Of a DNA stretch of 64,000 nucleotides, positions 59,241 to 64,000 are shown piece after piece (position 1 is the first letter of the stretch; every line of letters begins with the position of its first letter). The notes under the pieces are model-generated. The model was not told the origin of the DNA, searched no databases, and worked only from the letters and a program-made list of their open reading frames with translations. Source of the stretch: Fimbriimonadales bacterium (lineage in GTDB: Bacteria; Armatimonadota; Fimbriimonadia; Fimbriimonadales; ATM1); the NCBI GenBank assembly GCA_051003155.1, contig JBPCLO010000027.1, positions 1-64,000 of the forward strand, written 5' to 3'. Both the position numbers and the translations under genes were made by a program.

Positions 59241-60115
59241 GCCCGGTGATCGCCCTCCTCGCCGCGATGCGCCCACGCCAGTGGACCAAGAACCTCCTCG
59301 TCTTCGCAGGGCTAGTCTTCGCTGGCAGGTTCGTCGACCCCGATGCGATATGGCTTGTCGCCGCCCTGTTTGCCGCCTTCTGTTTGGTATCGAGCGCCGG
59401 CTACCTGCTGAACGACATCATCGACCGCGCGGGAGACGTCAACCACCCCGAAAAGCGACTGCGGCCGATAGCTTCCGGGAAGGTCTCCACACAGACAGCC
59501 GCGTGCGCCTCGGCTGTTCTTCTCGTCGCCGGCTTCGCCATTCCCCTGGTGATGGGCATTCCCTGCGGTGTCCAACTGCTAACCGTTTACGCAGCGAATC
59601 AGGTCTTCTACATGAGCGCCGCTCGCCGTGTCGCCATTCTGGATGTATTCGTTATTTCGATCGGGTTCCTCGTAAGAGCCGTCGCAGGCGCTGCGGCTCT
59701 TAGAGTGTTCATCAGTCCATGGCTCCTAGTATGTACGTTCCTACTGGCGCTGTTCCTCGGCTTCGCAAAACGGAAACACGAGTACCACCTCGTCGCAAAC
59801 GCGCGCGCCTCGCTCTCGGGTTATACGAGCCAGCTGCTCGACCAGTTCATCATGATCTCCGCCGCGGCTTCGGCTCTCTCATACAGCGTATACGCAATCG
59901 AATCGCACACTGCAATTTCCCACCCGATGCTCGTCCTCACGATTCCCTTTCCGATCTTTGGCATATTCCGTTACCTGCAGTTGGTTTATAAGGATAACGG
60001 AGGCGGCAACCCCGACCAGGCGCTGGTTAAAGACCCGTGGATGTACGGAACGATTTTGCTCTGGGCAGTTCTAAGCTTATACGCCGTTTCGGCGGAAGGA
60101 TGGGTGTCGCCTTAG
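59237..60115 (+). CDS. UbiA-family decaprenyl-phosphate phosphoribosyltransferase-like protein
   Basis: MRPRQWTKN, YLLNDIID...HPEKRLRPIASG, FAKRKHE, GIFRY. Confidence 0.88.
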   Translation: MSPVIALLAAMRPRQWTKNLLVFAGLVFAGRFVDPDAIWLVAALFAAFCLVSSAGYLLNDIIDRAGDVNHPEKRLRPIASGKVSTQTAACASAVLLVAGFAIPLVMGIPCGVQLLTVYAANQVFYMSAARRVAILDVFVISIGFLVRAVAGAAALRVFISPWLLVCTFLLALFLGFAKRKHEYHLVANARASLSGYTSQLLDQFIMISAAASALSYSVYAIESHTAISHPMLVLTIPFPIFGIFRYLQLVYKDNGGGNPDQALVKDPWMYGTILLWAVLSLYAVSAEGWVSP

Positions 60116-60606
60116 GTTTCCAAGCAACTGTGAAAAGGATCAGCGAGCGTCGTGGAATGCGACAGTTCGCGAAGTTCGTCATCGTCGGCCTTAGCAGCAC
60201 GATCATCGACTTTGGGCTCCACTTCCTGCTTTTCAAGGTGATCGACGGTGGACTCAACGATGCGATCCGAACCTTCGTCTACGGCATCATTCCGGCGCTT
60301 CAAGACTCGAAAGTCGACCCGGCATTCGTTGTCATCAAGGGCATTTCGTTCATCACGGCGACGCTCAACGGATTCCACTGGAACCGCCATTGGTCATTCA
60401 AGGCGGCCGACAAGGACCTTGCCCATCGCCAGCTCTTGCGCTTTTACATCGTCTACGCGATCGGGCTGTTGATCAACACAACCGTCGCGGGCTCACTCTA
60501 TGCTCGTGGCGCGGTTTACATCCTCGCACTCCCGATCGCCACAGTCATCACCACCGCTTGGACCTTCCCAATGACCAAGTTCTGGACCTTCCAGCGCCGG
60601 CAATGA
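60100..60606 (+). CDS. GtrA family membrane protein
   Basis: QFAKFVIVG, NRHWSF, KFWTF. Start uncertain (60100, 60130 or 60157). Confidence 0.85.
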   Translation: MGVALGFQATVKRISERRGMRQFAKFVIVGLSSTIIDFGLHFLLFKVIDGGLNDAIRTFVYGIIPALQDSKVDPAFVVIKGISFITATLNGFHWNRHWSFKAADKDLAHRQLLRFYIVYAIGLLINTTVAGSLYARGAVYILALPIATVITTAWTFPMTKFWTFQRRQ

Positions 60607-61382
60607 GCCTCGTGTCGCTTGCGGTTCTGGGCGATCCGGTCGAGCACTCGCTTTCGCCTCGCATGCAAAACGCCGCCCTTCGTGCGTTGGGGATCGAGGG
60701 CGAGTACGTCGCTGTGCGCGCTCCGGCGGACGAGTTTGCGGAATGCGTGGCGCACCTTCGGGACCGCGGGTTCGTCGGCGCGAACGTGACGATCCCGCAT
60801 AAGGAGCGGGCGGCCGGGATCGGCACCGCGGACGACGAAATTGTGTCTGCGACGGGGGCGGCCAATACACTGAAGTTCCTCTCTCCGGTCCTTTGCCGAA
60901 ACACCGACGTTCCCGGCTTCCTGCGGCCAATCCAGAGTCTCGCTCCTGGCGCGGCGCTCGTTCTGGGCGGCGGAGGTGCGGCCGCCGCGGCGGTCTACGC
61001 GCTAGTCCTCGCGGGCTGGGGAGTTCGCGTCTGGAATCGCAACCCCAAGAACTCGATCCGTTTGACCCAGAGGTTCGGCTGTTCATTTGCGAGCGACCCC
61101 GATCCCTCGTCTTGCAGTCTAGTCGTCAACGCAACGCCTCTCGGCCTGCGCGAGGGAGAAATGCCCGAACTAGGCTGGGAGTCCGCGGCCGCCGAATCCG
61201 TCATCTACGACCTCGCGTATCGAGACGGCCCTACGGACTTGCTGGAGCATGCCCGTTCTTTGGGTCATCGAGCGATCGACGGCCGAGAGATGCTCGTCGA
61301 GCAGGGCGCGCTCTCGTTGGAATGGTGGACGGGGCAGAACGTCCCACGGCAAGTCATGCGCGAGGCCGTCGGCCTAACATGA
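60603..61382 (+). CDS. aroE: Shikimate dehydrogenase
   Basis: GDPVEHSLSP, NVTIPHK, NTD, GGGGAA, NATPLG, MLVEQG. Confidence 0.93.
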   Translation: MSLVSLAVLGDPVEHSLSPRMQNAALRALGIEGEYVAVRAPADEFAECVAHLRDRGFVGANVTIPHKERAAGIGTADDEIVSATGAANTLKFLSPVLCRNTDVPGFLRPIQSLAPGAALVLGGGGAAAAAVYALVLAGWGVRVWNRNPKNSIRLTQRFGCSFASDPDPSSCSLVVNATPLGLREGEMPELGWESAAAESVIYDLAYRDGPTDLLEHARSLGHRAIDGREMLVEQGALSLEWWTGQNVPRQVMREAVGLT

Positions 61383-62002
61383 TCTGGTTTCGACCGGCAG
61401 GAGCGGACGATCCTCGCTTGGCCGAGGTGGCGGCGGCGGTCTTGGGTGGCGAGATCGCCATCGTTCCGACCGAAACGGTTTATGGCCTGGCATGCCTCGC
61501 CGACGATCCGAGAGCAATCACGAAGGTATTCAAGGCAAAGGGGCGCACGCCCGACAAGCCGCTGATCGTGGCAGCGACCGAAATCGCACAAGCCCGCATG
61601 CTTTGTTCGGACTGGCCGGAAATCGCGGAGAAACTGGCGACGGCGTTCTGGCCCGGGCCGCTGACCATCGTGCTGCCAAAGGCGATCGCCGTTCCCGACC
61701 TTGTGACGGCCGGGGGAAATACGGTCGCCGTACGCATTCCTAACCAGACGGTCCTCTTACGCCTGATCGATTTGGTCGGCAGACCGCTTACCGCCACGAG
61801 CGCCAATCAAAGCTCTCAGCCGTCGCCGCTCAGCGCCGAAGAAGCCGTGCGACAACTCGGCCCCACCTGTGCTTACGTCGTGGACTGTGGTCCTACGAGT
61901 GTCGGAAAGGAATCTACGATCGTGCAGATCGCCGGCAATACAGTGGCGATTCTGCGAGAAGGCGCGATCCCGCTTTGCGAGATCGAGTTAGCGGCAATGT
62001 GA
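61379..62002 (+). CDS. tsaC: L-threonylcarbamoyladenylate synthase (TsaC/YrdC)
   Basis: PTETVYGL, KGR, FWPGPLT, SAN, ESTIV. Confidence 0.92.
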   Translation: MIWFRPAGADDPRLAEVAAAVLGGEIAIVPTETVYGLACLADDPRAITKVFKAKGRTPDKPLIVAATEIAQARMLCSDWPEIAEKLATAFWPGPLTIVLPKAIAVPDLVTAGGNTVAVRIPNQTVLLRLIDLVGRPLTATSANQSSQPSPLSAEEAVRQLGPTCAYVVDCGPTSVGKESTIVQIAGNTVAILREGAIPLCEIELAAM

Positions 62003-62467
62003 GCAGAGGCCGATAACTTCGACCCTGGTCTGCCTCGCCATAAAGCCGAGCCGCGAGCCCGAAACGCCGATCTCGCTCAAAGCCGTCTGCGGCACGGGAA
62101 TCTCCTCTACGCAGCCGCACGATTCACAAACGAGGTGCTCGGTCTGGTGATCTCCGGAATGGTTCCCGGAACATGCCAGATAGCCGTCGACGATGCCGAT
62201 CCGATGCGCCAAACCGGCTTCCACTAGGCTCGCCAGGATTCGGTAAACGCTAACGACGTCGATCTTGCCCCCGGTGGCAGCGACCTGATCTCGAATCTCA
62301 TAAGCGCCCATCGGCTTCCTGGTTTCCGCCATAGCGCGCACAACCGCACGCCGGGGCCCGGTGACGCGCATGCCCTGCGATTGCAAACGCTCGATCGCCT
62401 TGCTCTCGTACTGCTCCGCCAGAGGCGGCTCGACGATATTACATTGGATGTCGGTCTGCGATGCCAT
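61988..62467 (-). CDS. Fur-family regulator (Zur/Fur-like)
   Basis: RVTGPR, SVYRIL, HLVCESCG, CSHC. Confidence 0.9.
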   Translation of the reverse strand: MASQTDIQCNIVEPPLAEQYESKAIERLQSQGMRVTGPRRAVVRAMAETRKPMGAYEIRDQVAATGGKIDVVSVYRILASLVEAGLAHRIGIVDGYLACSGNHSGDHQTEHLVCESCGCVEEIPVPQTALSEIGVSGSRLGFMARQTRVEVIGLCSHCR

Positions 62468-62603
62468 AGGCAATTATGGCTCGCGTCTTGCGGTCGATTC
62501 AGCGAAGTCGCGAAATGGTCCAGCGAGCTTGCGCACCGGTCCAGCCACGCTGCGGAAAGCATGGTTATTCATAAATCGTACCGGATACGTGTAATATCAG
62601 ACT

Positions 62604-63935
62604 GTGGACATGCGCAAACTTCTCCTCTTCTTACCGACACTCATTGCCGCGGGCTGCTTCGGCGGCGGGAAAGAGACCGCAGCCCCTACGGGTACCGGAA
62701 AGGTCGAAGGCAGTCTCGAGATCGCCGCCTTCCAAGGCGGCTACGGAATCGATTTCTATCAGGCCGCCGCCAAAGAGTTCGAGTCGAAACATCCGGGGCT
62801 GAAGATCAAGGTCGAGGGCAACCCGCGCATATGGGAGCAGCTGCGCCCGAGGTTCATCGGAGGCAATCCGCCCGACCTGTGCTACCCCGGATGGGGCATG
62901 GACCACTGGGCGCTCGCAGAAGAGGGTCAACTCATGGCCTTCGACGAAGCCCTGGCCGCCAAGCCATACGGAGGCGATGGCACTTGGGGCGAAACATTCG
63001 AACCCTCCATCCTGGCACTTGGAAAACTCGAGGGCAAACAGTACGTCCTTCCACACTTCTTTAACCTGCTTGGCTGGTGGTACGACCCGGGCATCTTCAC
63101 CAAGAACGGTTGGACCCCTCCGAAGACCTACGAAGAGCTACTGGCTCTCTGCGCGAAGATCAAGGCGCGCGGAATCGCTCCGATTACCTATCAGGGCAAG
63201 TACCCGTACTACATGGTAGAGGGAATGCTCCTCCCGTGGGCGATGAGCGCCGGCGGAGCGGAGGCGGTACGCGCCGCACAGAACCTCGAGCCCAGCGCGT
63301 GGAAGTCGCGCGCGATGCTGAAAGCTGCCCAGATGATCGCCGAACTTAGGGACAAAGGGTTTTTCCAATCCGGCGCCACCGCCATGAGCCACACCGAATC
63401 ACAGCAAGAGTTCGTCCAGGGCAAGGCTGCGATGATCCCTTGCGGGACGTGGCTCCACTCGGAGATGAGGAGCGTAATGCCTGCCGGAGCGAAAATGGAA
63501 TTCATGCTGCCGCCGGTCTTGTCACAGGGCAACGGCGAACCGACGAACGTTATCATCGGCATCGAGCCATGGATGGTGCCGAGCGATGCTAAGAACCCCG
63601 ATGCTGCAGTCGCATTCCTTAAGTACATGACCTCGCCGGAAAAGGCGAAGCAGTTTGTAGAGGAGAAGGGCACGCTGGTAGCGATCAAGGGAAGCGACCG
63701 AGCGCAGCTCCCTGAGGTCTTGGTCAAGCCTGCGGCCATATTCAAGAGCAGTAACTTCGTTTGGGCAGTCCAATATCGCCAGTGGTATCCGGCGTTCGAC
63801 ACGGAGATCCAAAACGCTCTGACGGCCATGCTGAACGGCGAACTGACTCCGGAGGCATTCTGTGGCCGAGTCGAGGCGGCCGCGGAGAAAACTCGCAAAG
63901 ACCCAAACATCGCCAAGCATAAAGTCGCCGGCTAA
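62604..63935 (+). CDS. Carbohydrate ABC transporter substrate-binding lipoprotein (NgcE-like)
   Basis: Lipobox AAGC, FQGGYG, PKTYEEL, GKAAMIPCGTW. Confidence 0.88.
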   Translation: MDMRKLLLFLPTLIAAGCFGGGKETAAPTGTGKVEGSLEIAAFQGGYGIDFYQAAAKEFESKHPGLKIKVEGNPRIWEQLRPRFIGGNPPDLCYPGWGMDHWALAEEGQLMAFDEALAAKPYGGDGTWGETFEPSILALGKLEGKQYVLPHFFNLLGWWYDPGIFTKNGWTPPKTYEELLALCAKIKARGIAPITYQGKYPYYMVEGMLLPWAMSAGGAEAVRAAQNLEPSAWKSRAMLKAAQMIAELRDKGFFQSGATAMSHTESQQEFVQGKAAMIPCGTWLHSEMRSVMPAGAKMEFMLPPVLSQGNGEPTNVIIGIEPWMVPSDAKNPDAAVAFLKYMTSPEKAKQFVEEKGTLVAIKGSDRAQLPEVLVKPAAIFKSSNFVWAVQYRQWYPAFDTEIQNALTAMLNGELTPEAFCGRVEAAAEKTRKDPNIAKHKVAG

Positions 63936-64000
63936 GAAACGTGGACATTCAAAGACGCATCGGAGTTGTCGCGCGCGCATCATTGGCGCTGTGCTAAAAC

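Overview
A gene-dense, roughly 60% GC (estimated by eye) bacterial chromosomal segment of mostly core genes. Gene content suggests Armatimonadota/Fimbriimonadia (PEP-CTERM and H-X9-DG-type proteins, FtsEX-M23, Bacillus-type PurF, QueF and Cdd); this is an inference. Recognisable genes include trpBA, rfbD, queF-mutS2-cdd, radC, a translin-family gene, ftsY, an ECF sigma/anti-sigma pair, nrdR-nrdJ with NrdR boxes, modAB, an AddB/AddA-like pair, a GH38 mannosidase and sugar-catabolism genes, dinB, menG and a polyprenyl synthase, ftsEX-M23, a purF-yqgF-mltG-yqeG-ubiA-gtrA-aroE-tsaC run, a Fur-family regulator, and three tRNAs (Ser-GCT, Pro-TGG, fMet-CAT). I found no CRISPR array, integrase, transposase or intact prophage. 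The best leads are: (1) an unannotated promoter-driven small-RNA candidate with clustered ANGGA motifs in hairpin loops, resembling CsrB/RsmZ (22866-22988, minus strand); (2) a pervasive leaderless-gene signature (TAnnnT 5-7 nt before start codons); (3) a bacterial translin gene next to radC; (4) several apparent pseudoenzymes (ArgC-like, TlpA-like, GrpE-like, AddB nuclease); (5) an in-frame amber codon in cdd, a frameshift in addB and a probable CTG start for mltG; (6) orphan gene fragments, including a terminase Walker-B piece. All family calls come from recognising motifs by eye; no database search was run.
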